A stretch of 34,660 nt of DNA, from NCBI GenBank assembly GCA_002269645.1, contig NIVC01003822.1, positions 1 through 34,660 of the forward strand. Direction: 5' to 3'. Under the pieces are notes generated by a model, which worked only from the letters and a program-made list of their open reading frames with translations, made no database searches and had not been told where the DNA came from. A program made the translations under genes and the position numbers. Shown here piece by piece: positions 13,271 to 23,929 of the stretch. Numbering within the stretch: position 1 is the stretch's first letter; each line of letters starts with the position of its first letter. The DNA comes from Macrostomum lignano. Its lineage: Eukaryota.

Positions 13271-13424
13271 ATGTCGTCAGAGATCTTTAGACGATCCCAG
13301 CTAGTTAGACGATCCGATTCTAGATTGCTGCTTGAGCAGCAACGTCATCGCTGCTTTCGGGACACCATTGCTGTGCTGCCCGAGTCCGTTGTTGGTGTTG
13401 CTAATGACGCTCGGCTGTGGCCTG
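13271..13424 (+). CDS. SYNGAP1/DAB2IP/RASAL2-like: RasGAP probable coding exon 1 (MSSEIFRR...ARLWP)
   Basis: ATG at 13271 and donor CTG|GTGAGC at 13425 in phase 1, matching the phase-1 acceptor of the next exon. There is no recognisable homology. The ATG is directly preceded by tgtcAG, so this could instead be an internal exon. Confidence 0.55.
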
Positions 13425-13501
13425 GTGAGCTGTTGGCTCATTGCCAAATTTGACGTGTCTGGCATTTTTCTTAATTATTAGTTGTGCTATGGGTCATTAG
13501 A

Positions 13502-14070
13502 TTCAGCGGTAGGTCATTGAGTCACATCCTCAATAGGTCATAAGTTCATCCAGCGGTAGGTCATAAGTTCATCCAGCGGTAGGTCATAAGTTCATCCAGC
13601 GGTAGGTCATAAGTTCACCCAGCAGTAGGTCATAAGTTCATCCAGCGGTAGGTCATAAGTTCATCCAGCGGTAGGTCATGAATTCATCCAGCGGTAGGTC
13701 ATAAGTTCACCCAGCAGTAGGTCATAAGTTCATCCAGCGGTAGGTCATAAGTTCATCCAGCGGTAGGTCATAAGTTCATTCAGCGGTAGGTCATGAATTC
13801 ATCCAGCGGTAGGTCATAAGTTCATCCAGCGGTAGGTCATAAGTTCATTCAGCGGTAGGTCATGAATTCATCCAGCGGTAGGTCATAAGTTCATCCAGCG
13901 GTAAGTCATTGAATCGCATTCTCAGTAGGTCATCATTTCATCCAGCGGTAGGTCATAAGTTCATCCAGCAGTAGGTCATAAGTTCATCCAGCGGTAGGTC
14001 ATTGAATCGCATTCTCATTAGGTCATCATTTCATCCACCGGTAGGTCATTGAATCGCATTCTCAGTAGGT
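13502..14070. repeat. Intron 1 minisatellite, 23-bp unit AGGTCATAAGTTCATCCAGCGGT
   Basis: About 24 units including variants. Confidence 0.96.
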
Positions 14071-14602
14071 CACTGGGTCCTTTCCTCAGTGATCATATAG
14101 GGTTATTTCTTCGGTGATCATTGGGTCATGCCCGCAGTAGGGTACTTTGCATGACGTAAAGTAGGGTATTTTGTCATCCTAGGAACACATGACTAAATAA
14201 AAGTAAAATGCTACAAAAGTTAACTATGACTTCGATAACCCAGGCCTTTAGTCCAGAAAAGTGCAAAGCGAATTCCCAGTCGCGAACCTTTCCCCTCGCA
14301 CTCGCCGACCTCACCGACCCGGTAGTGTTTTATTTGTTTTACTTAGTTAAGCTAATATGCTCGTAGTTTTTCTTCACAGATTTTGTTTATCGAAAAAGCG
14401 CCACTTCCAAGTTAAAGGAGGTCCAAGCTGGTCGAAGCTTACTCCCAGAACGAATTCCACTTGATAGAGTGATTGACATCGCTTAGCCTTGGTTTAACCT
14501 ATTGAGCTGCGATACTGTCTTTCACTTTTTACTTCCGTTTTCATGAGTTTTTGTTCGATGATCTAATGTTTTTCATTTGTTGCCAACCAAAAACATCTGC
14601 AG

Positions 14603-14715
14603 AATCCTCGTGCGAGTCTACCAGCGATGCGGGAGCGAAGTTCGATGCCAGCTGGAGGAGAAGCAGCGTGCAGCTCAACAGGCCGCAGGAGCAGAAGACT
14701 GGCAGTAGGATTAAG
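14603..14715 (+). CDS. SYNGAP1/DAB2IP/RASAL2-like: RasGAP exon 2 (ESSCEST...KTGSRIK)
   Basis: Acceptor ctgcAG at 14601-14602 and donor AAG|GTGAGT at 14716. Phase 0 joins exon 3 to give GSRIK-NLFRGISMKRTKS, resembling the family's region preceding KRTKS. Confidence 0.75.
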
Positions 14716-16093
14716 GTGAGTTTGGCTAATGTGTGTGTGAGTTTTGCTAATACCTGTGTGAGTTTGGCTAATGTGTGTGTGAGTTTGGCTAATGTGTGCG
14801 TGAGTTTGGCTAATGTGTGTGTGAGTTTGGCTAATGTGTGTGTGAGTTTTGCTAATGTGTGTGTAAGTTTGGCTAATGTGTGTGTGAGTTTGGCTAATGT
14901 GTGCGTGAGTTTGGCTAATGTGTGTGTGAGTTTGGCTAATGTGTGTGTGAGTTTTGCTAATGTGTGCGTGAGTTTGGCTAATGTGTGTGTGAGTTTGGCT
15001 AATGTGTGCGTGAGTTTGGCTAATGTGTGTGTAAGTTTGGCTAATGCCTGAGTCAGTTTGGCTAATACCTGAGTCAGTTTGGCTAATGCCTGAATCAGTT
15101 TGGCTAATGTGTGTGTAAGTTTGGCTAATACCTGTGTGAGTTTGGCTAATACCTGTGTGAGTTTGGCTAATACCTGTGTGAGTTTGGCTAATGTGTGTGT
15201 GAGTTTGGCTAATGTGTGTGTGAGTTTGGCTAATGTGTGTGTAAGTTTGGCTAATGCCTGAGTCAGTTTGGCTAATGCCTGAATCAGTTTGGCTAATGCC
15301 TGAGTCAGTTTGGCTAATGCCTGAGTCAGTTTGGCTAATACCTGAGTCAGTTTGGCTAATGCCGAGTCAGTTTGGCTCTTGCCTGAGTCAGTTTGGCTAA
15401 TGCCTGAGTCAGTTTGGCTAATGCCTGAGTCAGTTTGACTAATACCTGAGTCAGTTTGACTAATGCCTGAGTCAGTTTGGCTAATACCTGAGTCAGTTTG
15501 GCTAATGCCGAGTCAGTTTGGCTCTTGCCTGAGTCAGTTTGGCTAATGCCTGAATCAGTTTGGCTAATGCCTGAGTCAGTTTGGCTAATGCCTGAGTCAG
15601 TTTGGCTAATGCCTGAATCAGTTTGGCTAATGCCTGAGTCAGTTTGGCTAATACCTGAGTCAGTTTGGCTAATGCCTGAGTCAGTTTGGCTAATGCCTGA
15701 ATCAGTTTGGCTAATGCCTGAGTCAGTTTGGCTAATGCCTGAGTCAGTTTGGCTAATACCTGAGTCAGTTTGGCTAATGCCGAGTCAGTTTGGCTCTTGC
15801 CTGAGTCAGTTTGGCTAATGCCTGAGTCAGTTTGGCTAATGCCTGAGTCAGTTTGACTAATACCTGAGTCAGTTTGACTAATGCCTGAGTCAGTTTGGCT
15901 AATACCTGAGTCAGTTTGGCTAATGCCGAGTCAGTTTGGCTCTTGCCTGAGTCAGTTTGGCTAATGCCTGAATCAGTTTGGCTAATGCCTGAGTCAGTTT
16001 GGCTAATGCCTGAGTCAGTTTGGCTAATGCCTGAATCAGTTTGGCTAATGCCTGAGTCAGTTTGGCTAATGCCTGAGTCAGTTTGGCTAATGC
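14716..16093. repeat. Intron 2 bipartite minisatellite, 21-bp units GTGAGTTTGGCTAATGTGTGT then GAGTCAGTTTGGCTAATGCCT, with a 418-bp higher-order duplication
   Basis: About 65 units. Diagnostic variants recur at 15361/15779 and 15507/15925. Confidence 0.97.
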
Positions 16094-16287
16094 CTACTGG
16101 TTGAAGTTGGAAATTAATGCAAGTTATCTAAAACCCAGGGTTAAAATCTTATGTCATTACGCATTAATACATCAGAGCCTACTGCCAGTAGGGTAGTGGG
16201 GCTTTGATATCGGGTATTGCTGTACTATAGTCATTTCGCAGCAGCAACAACGCCCTAAACAGAGCTCTGTGCATTTGCACTTTTCAG

Positions 16288-16589
16288 AACCTGTTTCGCG
16301 GCATCAGCATGAAGCGAACAAAGAGCGCAACCAAGCTCAATGAGGCTCGTCACAGGGTTGCTAACCAGCCAATGGCGGTGCAGCAGCAGCAGCCGCCGCA
16401 GGCGCAACCGCAACATCCCGCGATAGTTCTCGGCATGCGTCAGGATTTTTCTGATAGCTTTCTAAGCGGAGGCTATTATGGTTATCAGGGCTATCCAGTT
16501 TCGCAGCAGCAGCTTCATCAGTACCAGCTCATGCAGCAGCAGCAGCAGCAGGCGGCTGCATTCTATCTGGACAATGGAGTCGACATGTC
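16288..16589 (+). CDS. SYNGAP1/DAB2IP/RASAL2-like: RasGAP exon 3 (NLFRGISMKRTKSATKL..., polyQ)
   Basis: Acceptor ttttcAG and donor TC|GTAAGT. Contains the KRTKSxxKL motif typical of SynGAP/DAB2IP/raskol N-termini. Confidence 0.88.
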
Positions 16590-16864
16590 GTAAGTTTATT
16601 TAGCATGCCGAGTGTCCCGTTTATAGTATTAGCAGATTGATTTGAAATTGCGCGTGTTAGAAACCTGATTTATCAATTATTTATTTTCAGTTTGATTATA
16701 CATTTAAACTAATTAATAACTAATCATTATTTATGGCTGCTTAATAATAATATTTGCATAACCCCCGACTGCCCGGCATGCTATAATCTGAGGATTAGTA
16801 TTAGCATTATAAGTTACCGCATGACTGGGATGCCTGTGCAGCAGTGCAGAATTGCTAATTTCAG

Positions 16865-17230
16865 CGGTGGCAGCAGCAGCAGCAGCAGCAGCAGGCCAGC
16901 CCAGCTGCAGATGCGCCGCTCACTCAGTGCAGGCCGGCTGAGTCGCAACCAGGCCCTGATGGCTGAGCACCAGCGGAGGCTGCAGCAATTGCAGCAGCAG
17001 CAGCAGCAGCAGGAGCAGCAAGATCGCAGGCGCTATCCTCAGCCTGGAGCTGGACGCCGCCTCATCAGCAGCTGCATGCCGATTGGCGTGGCAAACGCTA
17101 ACGACGATTCTGACGACGCCGACTCTCAGCGGGAGGACGCCGAGAATTTTATTATTAATAATAATATTAATCATATGGCGGTTGGCAACCGCTGTTTTGT
17201 GGAATTTGCTGCCGGGCAGGCGGCGCAAGA
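16865..17230 (+). CDS. SYNGAP1/DAB2IP/RASAL2-like: RasGAP exon 4 (Ser/Gln-rich insert within the split PH region)
   Basis: Acceptor tttcAG at 16863-16864 and donor GA|GTGAGT at 17231. Phase 2 at both ends, open frame, coding-like GC content. Confidence 0.8.
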
Positions 17231-17369
17231 GTGAGTGCTGATGATGATTGGGCCCGCTGCTTAGCTCTGCTTTCGCTTGCCTGCTCTAACCTATGCTTGT
17301 GTGACCACTTTTTATTTCTAACACTGCCGCTAACTGGATAACTGGTTTGCACTGGACCCTGGTCTGTTG

Positions 17370-18015
17370 CTCTCCCTTCTCTCTCTTCTCTCCCTTCTCT
17401 CCCTTCTCTCCCTTCTCTCCCTTCTCTCCCTTCTCTCCTCCCTTCTCTCCCTTCTCTCCCTTCTCTCCCTTCTCTCCCTTCTCTCCTCCCTTCTCTCTCC
17501 CTTCTCTCCCTTCTCACTCCCTTCTCTCTCCCTTCTCTCTCCCTTCTCTCTCCCTTCTCTCTCCCTTCTCTCCCTTCTCTCCTCCCTTCTCTCCCTTCTC
17601 TCCCTTCTCTCCCTTCTCTCCCTTCTCTCCTCCCTTCTCTCTCCCTTCTCTCCCTTCTCACTCCCTTCTCTCCCTTCTCTCTCCCTTCTCTCTCCCTTCT
17701 CTCTCCCTTCTCTCTCCCTTCTCTCTCCCTTCTCTCCTCCCTTCTCTCTCCCTTCTCTCCCTTCTCACTCCCTTCTCTCCCTTCTCTCTCCCTTCTCTCT
17801 CCCTTCTCTCTCCCTTCTCTCTCCCTTCTCTCTCTCCCTTATCTCCCTTCTCTGTCTCCCTTCTCTCTCCCTTCTCTCTCCCTTCTCTCCTCCCTTCTCT
17901 CCCTTCTCTCCTCCCTTCTCTCCATTCTCTCCCTTCCCCCCTTCTCTCCCTTCTCTCTCCCTTCTCTCCCTTCTCTCTCCCTTCTATCCCTTCTCTCTCC
18001 CTTCTCTCCCTTCTC
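17370..18015. repeat. Intron 4 pure polypyrimidine minisatellite (CCCTTCTCT, 9-13-bp variants)
   Basis: About 650 nt almost entirely C/T. Confidence 0.96.
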
Positions 18016-19233
18016 TAAACAGTTAGTTAATTTACTCTCTCCTAAAACTCTATTGTCTGCCTCCCTTATTTCATTCTTCATCAAAACACATTTTCTTCAA
18101 AAGGTTCAATTGTTACTACTTTTCACTAGTAGCCATTAGCAGCTATTTTAATTTTAGCATCACCACCCTGAGCAGCACTTGCATCAAATCGGCCCGCGCC
18201 ATCGCAATTTGCGCCCATCCGGCTTCTGCCCATAAGAAATTTGCGTGATCTCCGTTGCATCTGCCCCTGCCTTCCCTCATTTCCCCAGCTGTTGTTTTTT
18301 AGCACTTCTTTGCTTCTTTGTTGTTGTTTTTGCAATTTATTTTTTTCTCTCGCTGACAAGGGCCGTCCGCATGCCTGCGTCACTGTTGCGTGACCTGCAG
18401 CTGCCACTGCATCCCCTGCTCTGACCAGCGCGTCTTGCCTCCTCTCCCCCCTCTTCCCCTTCTCCCTGTCACCTTCCTTTGTCTCTCTCTCTCTCCCCCT
18501 CTCCTTCTCCTTATCTCCCTCTCCCTCTCTTTATCTCCCTCTACATCACACCACTACCCTCATACGTACAAAAGTAAACTGTGCAACTCCTTCCAAACAT
18601 CTTCCTCTCCTTATCTCCCTCTCCCTCTCCTTATCTCCCTCTTATCTCTCTCATTCTCTGCACCCTCCCTGACCCGTCCCTGTCTCCTCTGTCCCCTCCT
18701 TTCATCTGTCTCCACCTTTCCTACTTCGTAATCTCTTCCGTGATCGCCCATTTTCTGTCTTCAATTTTTTTCTTCTGTCGGTTCTTCAAATTAAAATCTT
18801 CTTTTAGGCCGCCTTCACCACCCAGTGGGAGCTGTCCTGCTGCTCAATCAATCAGTGCTTGTCTTATTTTGATTTATAAATCTCTGCGATTTTGCCTAAA
18901 GGCAAGAGAAAAACCAGCCTCTCGAACGTTCGAAGCTTTCTTCTGGCTGAAGAAAACACAGAGAATCAGCCCTAGCTCTCCCAGTCCCATGGGGAACCAA
19001 TGAGGGGCCGGTTAGCAACTGCAAGAGCTGCTTTCTCTCTTCTCACCCCCTTCCCCTCTAAATCTCTTATTTTCCCTGCTCCAGTTGAATTTCTTATCAG
19101 CCGGGCTCGGGCGGGGCAAGTCGTATTTCTCTGCCAGTGCCAGCAGTCTGTCTCTGTCTGTGTGGGCTTGGGAAGCCGGCATGCATTGTTCCCGCTGTGC
19201 CAGCAGGCTTATTCCTGTTAAACACCGCTGCTT

Positions 19234-19265
19234 ATGCACACCTGGATAGGCCGACTTATCGCCTG
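19234..19265 (+). CDS. Candidate alternative first coding exon of the RasGAP (MHTWIGRLIA-C), splicing to exon 5
   Basis: ATG at 19234 is the first in frame after an in-frame TAA at 19219-19221. Donor CTG|GTGAGT at 19266 is in phase 2, matching the exon 5 acceptor, and would give a 1021-aa isoform. No expression evidence. Confidence 0.4.
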
Positions 19266-19379
19266 GTGAGTGACCGGTCTGCGATAGTCTGTGGTATAGT
19301 AACGAAGCTTAGTATTTGGCCTATGTCAGAGTGCTGTAGTGCTCTCCTTAGTGTCTTCTCCTTGGTGCCTCACCTATTC

Positions 19380-20225
19380 CCCTCTCTCCGTTCCCCTGAT
19401 CTCCCCTCTCTCCTCATCTGTCCCCCCTGATCTCCCCTATCCCATCTCTCATCTGTTCCCCCTGATCTCCCCTATCCCATCTCTCATCTGTTCCCCCTGA
19501 TCTCCCCTATCCCATCTCTTATTTGTCCCCCCTGATCTCCCCTCTCTCCTCTCATCTGTTTCCCCTGATCTCCACTCTCCCCACATCTGTCCCCCCCTGA
19601 TCTCCTCTATCCTATCTCTCATCTGTCCCCCCTGATCTCCCCTCTCTCCTCTCATCTGTTTCCCCTGATATTCACTCTCCCCACATCTGTCCCCCCCTGA
19701 TCTCCCCTCTCTCCTCTCATCTGTTTCCCCTGATCTCCACTCTCCCCACATCTGTCCCCCCTGATCTCCCCTCTCTCCTCTCATCTGTTTCCCCTGATCT
19801 CCACTCTCCCCACATCTGCCCCCCCCTGATCTCCACTCTCCCCATATCTGTCCCCCCTGATCTCCTCTATCCTATCTCTCATCTGTCCCCCCTGATCTCC
19901 CCTCTCTCCTCTCATCTGTTTCCCCTGATCTCCACTCTCCCCATATCTGTCCCCCCTGATCTCCTCTATCCTATCTCTCATCTGTCCCCCCTGATCTCCC
20001 CTATCCCATCTCTTATTTGTTCCCCCTGATCTCCCCTATCCCATCTCTTTTTTGTTCCCCCTGATCTCCCCTCTCTCCTCTCATCTGTTTCCCCTGATCT
20101 CCACTCTCCCCACATCTGTCCCCCCTGATCTCCTCTATCCTATCTCTCATCTGTTCTCCCTGATCTCCCTTCTCCCATTTCTCATCTGTTTCCCCTGATC
20201 TCCCCTCTTTCCTCTTTCATCTGTT
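19380..20225. repeat. Intron 4 minisatellite, 31-35-bp variant units (ATCTGTTCCCCCTGATCTCCCCTATCCCATCTCTC) with about 100-bp higher-order structure
   Basis: About 25 units. Confidence 0.95.
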
Positions 20226-20723
20226 CCCAACTAACCTCGCATCTTTTCTCTTCAGATGCTTCCACATCTTTATTTTAGCCCTTTGTCTCCCCGCTTCTCT
20301 CTTCTCATTTACCTTATTAAAAAGTTTTAAACTTTAGCGTGACCCGCATTGTATGCTTACGATTTTGCGCACTCGTAGATCTGCTGGTCAGCGCCATCTC
20401 CGCTTTCGTTACCCACGTTATTTTTTGGCAATCCGAACCAACTGTAAATAATTTAGCAGCGACAGCAGTGTCTATTATAGAGTGTTTTATTGCGATATAC
20501 TCGCATGCTCTTTTCTTTAGCATATTCTGCTCAAGAAGAAGATGTACTTTACTGTACTGAAGGCAGACTGGCTAAGTTTATGAGCGGGTCTCGGGCGGGG
20601 CTGATTATGCCGTGCCAATCTATCATGCCCGCCGCCAAATTAATTTATGGCTTGGTGGGGTCTGCCGAGTGCGGCCGTCTGGGCTGGTCTAGGGATGCCT
20701 GGATGTCTGAGGCTATGTCTTAG

Positions 20724-21173
<450 letters not shown>

Positions 21174-21699
21174 CACCTGTCTCACCAATTAGATCTGTCT
21201 GTCTCAATCCATCTATTATTTATCCCTCAGCTTAATCCCCACTTCAGCACGGGTGGATAGTATTTGGGAACCCACGAGTGTGACGATTCGTGCGAATATT
21301 GCCAGCTCAGGTAATAATTGCGTGAAGACTCCCGGGAGGGGCAAGCTAGTTCCTCGCCTCAGGGATTAAGGACAGGCTCGGATTAAGAGTAAAAGACGAA
21401 TAAAATTGCATGGGTAGGAGAAGAGACGAGAAATCCGCGCTCCTGTTTCTGAATTAATTGACCCGGCCGCAGCTTCTTCGCTGACCTCTATCGGCAGAGT
21501 AGAGACGGGCAACGAGTCAGGAAAACCACCTTGCTTAAGGGCGGAGTGAGGGACTGAAAGGCAAAGAAAATGATGTTCGTATCAAAGGTTTTCAATGTGG
21601 AAATGTTTAATATTGTATTTAAATTTGTCGACAAGATCTGTGCCATTATTAAGGCAATGATTATTAAGGAGAATCCCGCCGCCTGTTTCATCCCTTTAA

Positions 21700-22620
21700 T
21701 CTGATTGGCTAGGCGCTCGTCTACTGCTACGTATATGTATTTCCTATCTATCCCTTATCTCGATTTTAATTGGCTAGACGTTTTTCTACTGCTACGTCTC
21801 TGTACTTCCTCTCTACCTCTTATGTCTATTCTAGTTGGATAGGCGCTTTTTTACTGCTTCGTCTATGTACTTCCTCTCTACCTCTTATCTCGATTCTAAT
21901 TGGCTAGGCGCTTTTCTACCTACTGCTTCGTCTCTGTACTTCCTCTCTACCCCTTATCTCGATTCTAATTGGCTAGGCGCTTTTCTACCTACTGCTTCGT
22001 CTCTGTACTTCCTCTCTACCCCTTATCTCGATTCTAATTGGCTAGGCGCTTTTCTACCTACTGCTTCGTCTCTGTACTTCCTCTCTACCCTTATCTCGAT
22101 TCTAATTGGCTAGGCGCTTTTCTACCTACTGCTTCGTCTCTGTACTTCCTCTCTACCCCTTATCTCGATTCTAATTGGCTAGGCGCTTTTCTACCTACTG
22201 CTTCGTCTCTGTACTTCCTCTCTACCCCTTATCTCGATTCTAATTGGCTAGGCGCTTTTCTACCTACTGCTTCGTCTTTGTACTTCCTCTCTACCCCTTA
22301 TCTCGATTCTAATTGGCTAGGCGCTTTTCTACCTACTGCTTCGTCTCTGTACTTCCTCTCTACCCCTTATCTCGATTCTAATTGGCTAGGCGCTTTTCTA
22401 CCTACTGCTTCGTCTCTGTACTTCCTCTCTACCCCTTATCTCGATTCTAATTGGCTAGGCGCTTTTCTACCTACTGCTTCGTCTCTGTACTTCCTCTCTA
22501 CCCCTTATCTCGATTCTAATTGGCTAGGCGCTTTTCTACCTACTGCTTCGTCTCTGTACATCCTCTCTACCGCTTGTCTCGATTCTATTTGGCTAGGCGC
22601 TGTTTTACTATTTCGTCTCA
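21700..22620. repeat. Intron 4 minisatellite, 69-bp unit (GATTCTAATTGGCTAGGCGCTTTTCTACCTACTGCTTCG...CCCCTTATCTC)
   Basis: About 13 copies, with a homogeneous centre and diverged edges. Confidence 0.96.
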
Positions 22621-22772
22621 GCTTCTTCTCTATCCCCATCTGAATTTTTATTGGCTTTGAAACCCACCTCTTTATTTCAGATTTTCAACGGTTTCTATTT
22701 TTAATGTTTCATTACTAAACCTTCCCCAAATAATAATTCACTATTTTATCTTCTTTGTCATTCCAATTCCAG

Positions 22773-23033
22773 CGGCGGCTTGAGGCCGGCACAGTCGCAC
22801 GAATCTCTGCTGATGTCACCGGCTGGTCCTCAGCAGCAGCAGCCGCCGCAGTCACAACAGGCGCCGCAGCCGCTGCCAATGGGTCCGAGCACTGAAGTGC
22901 GCGGCCTGCATCAGTCGCTGATGCCCGGCCTTCCAGTCGGCTCGGCGTCGTTTGCCATCTCCAACAATCCGGACAGGGTCAACCGGTACTTCGCTGCCCA
23001 GTCTCAGGAGGAGGCCAGGCGGTGGCAGGATGG
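22773..23033 (+). CDS. SYNGAP1/DAB2IP/RASAL2-like: RasGAP exon 5 (PH domain: LRPAQSHESLL...YFAAQSQEEARRW)
   Basis: SHESLL motif and PH C-terminal helix Trp. Acceptor ttccAG at 22771-22772 and donor GG|GTGAGT at 23034. Confidence 0.92.
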
Positions 23034-23059
23034 GTGAGTGGCGCAGATCCTCCGCGATT

Positions 23060-23330
23060 CATGGACTACGAAATCTAAGTCCCGTATTGCAGACTGCGAA
23101 ATACAAATCCCAACTTCATGGACTACGAAATCAAGATGGCCCCAAATTCATGGACTGCGAAATCAAGATGGTCCAAAATTCATTGACTACGAAATTGAGA
23201 CGGTCCAAAATTCATGGACTACGAAATCAAGATGGTCCAAAATTCATTGACTACGAAATTGAGACGGTCCTAAATTCATGGACTACGAAATCTAGATGGT
23301 TCTAAATTAATGGACTACGAAATCTAGAAT
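23060..23330. repeat. Intron 5 minisatellite, 32-bp unit AATTCATGGACTACGAAATCAAGATGGTCCAA
   Basis: About 8 copies. Confidence 0.93.
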
Positions 23331-23439
23331 TCTATACCCAGGCCCTCTTCTAAAAGCATCCATGCAACTTCTGTAGCTATTAAATATGAAGTTTAGTGAT
23401 TTAACTTTAGAAATGGACACAAAACCCTGCAACACGCAG

Positions 23440-23541
23440 ACTTCGAAAGGTGTCTCGTCCGGATCTGGACAACACCCGGCACCGGGAGAACTCTCTCAAA
23501 CTGTGGATATTCGAGGCCAAGCGGCTGCAATCGAAGAAAAG
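23440..23541 (+). CDS. SYNGAP1/DAB2IP/RASAL2-like: RasGAP exon 6 (PH-C2 linker and C2 start: LRKVSRPDLDNTRHRENSLKLWIFEAKRL)
   Basis: Matches the family consensus LRR.V.PNKDN.RR.EN.L.LWIIEAK. Acceptor cgcAG and donor AG|GTGAGT. Not shown in the ORF track. Confidence 0.93.
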
Positions 23542-23622
23542 GTGAGTCAATCTGGACGAAATAACATTTGCGGTCGAGTCTAGGATGTTTCCTAGAATGC
23601 AACTGCCTCTCCAATCATGCAG

Positions 23623-23727
23623 CTATTTCTGCGAGATCAGCCTCAACCAGGTGCTGTACGCTCGGACTAGCAATAAAGAGAAAACTAGCGACTCGGATCC
23701 GTTCTGGGGCGAAGCGTTCGAGTTCAG
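23623..23727 (+). CDS. SYNGAP1/DAB2IP/RASAL2-like: RasGAP exon 7 (C2 domain: YFCEISLNQVLYARTSNK...FWGEAFEF)
   Basis: Matches the family motif YFCELCLDD.LYART.SK...FWGEHFEF. Follows an 81-nt intron; acceptor tgcAG and donor AG|GTGCGT. Confidence 0.94.
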
Positions 23728-23929
23728 GTGCGTTTCTCGCTTGAGCTGTAATCACTTCGCGTAATCCTGATTAGCGATTTTGTCCTTTTTTATCAGTAGA
23801 AAAATGGATAGGATTATCCACGGAGGCATTTCCAATCGATATTCTCCAAATAAATTCCTTATTGAAATTTCCCAAAATAAGTTCTCAATGAAATTTATTC
23901 CCCATGAAGATTCTATACGCGATTAACCG

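Noticed and set aside
18126-18407. 93-aa antisense ORF with a QKQQQ segment
   Set aside because: No recognisable homology or splice support; consistent with a chance ORF.
18920-18945. 12-bp palindrome TCGAACGTTCGA / heat-shock element
   Set aside because: Several 12-bp palindromes are expected by chance in 35 kb, and only two correctly phased nGAAn units are present.
21835-22643. ORFs with the 23-aa repeat PYLDSNWLGAFLPTASSLYFLST
   Set aside because: The 69-bp unit preserves frame trivially. A 1-nt-shorter unit near 22089 breaks the frame. It is intronic with no supporting splice sites.
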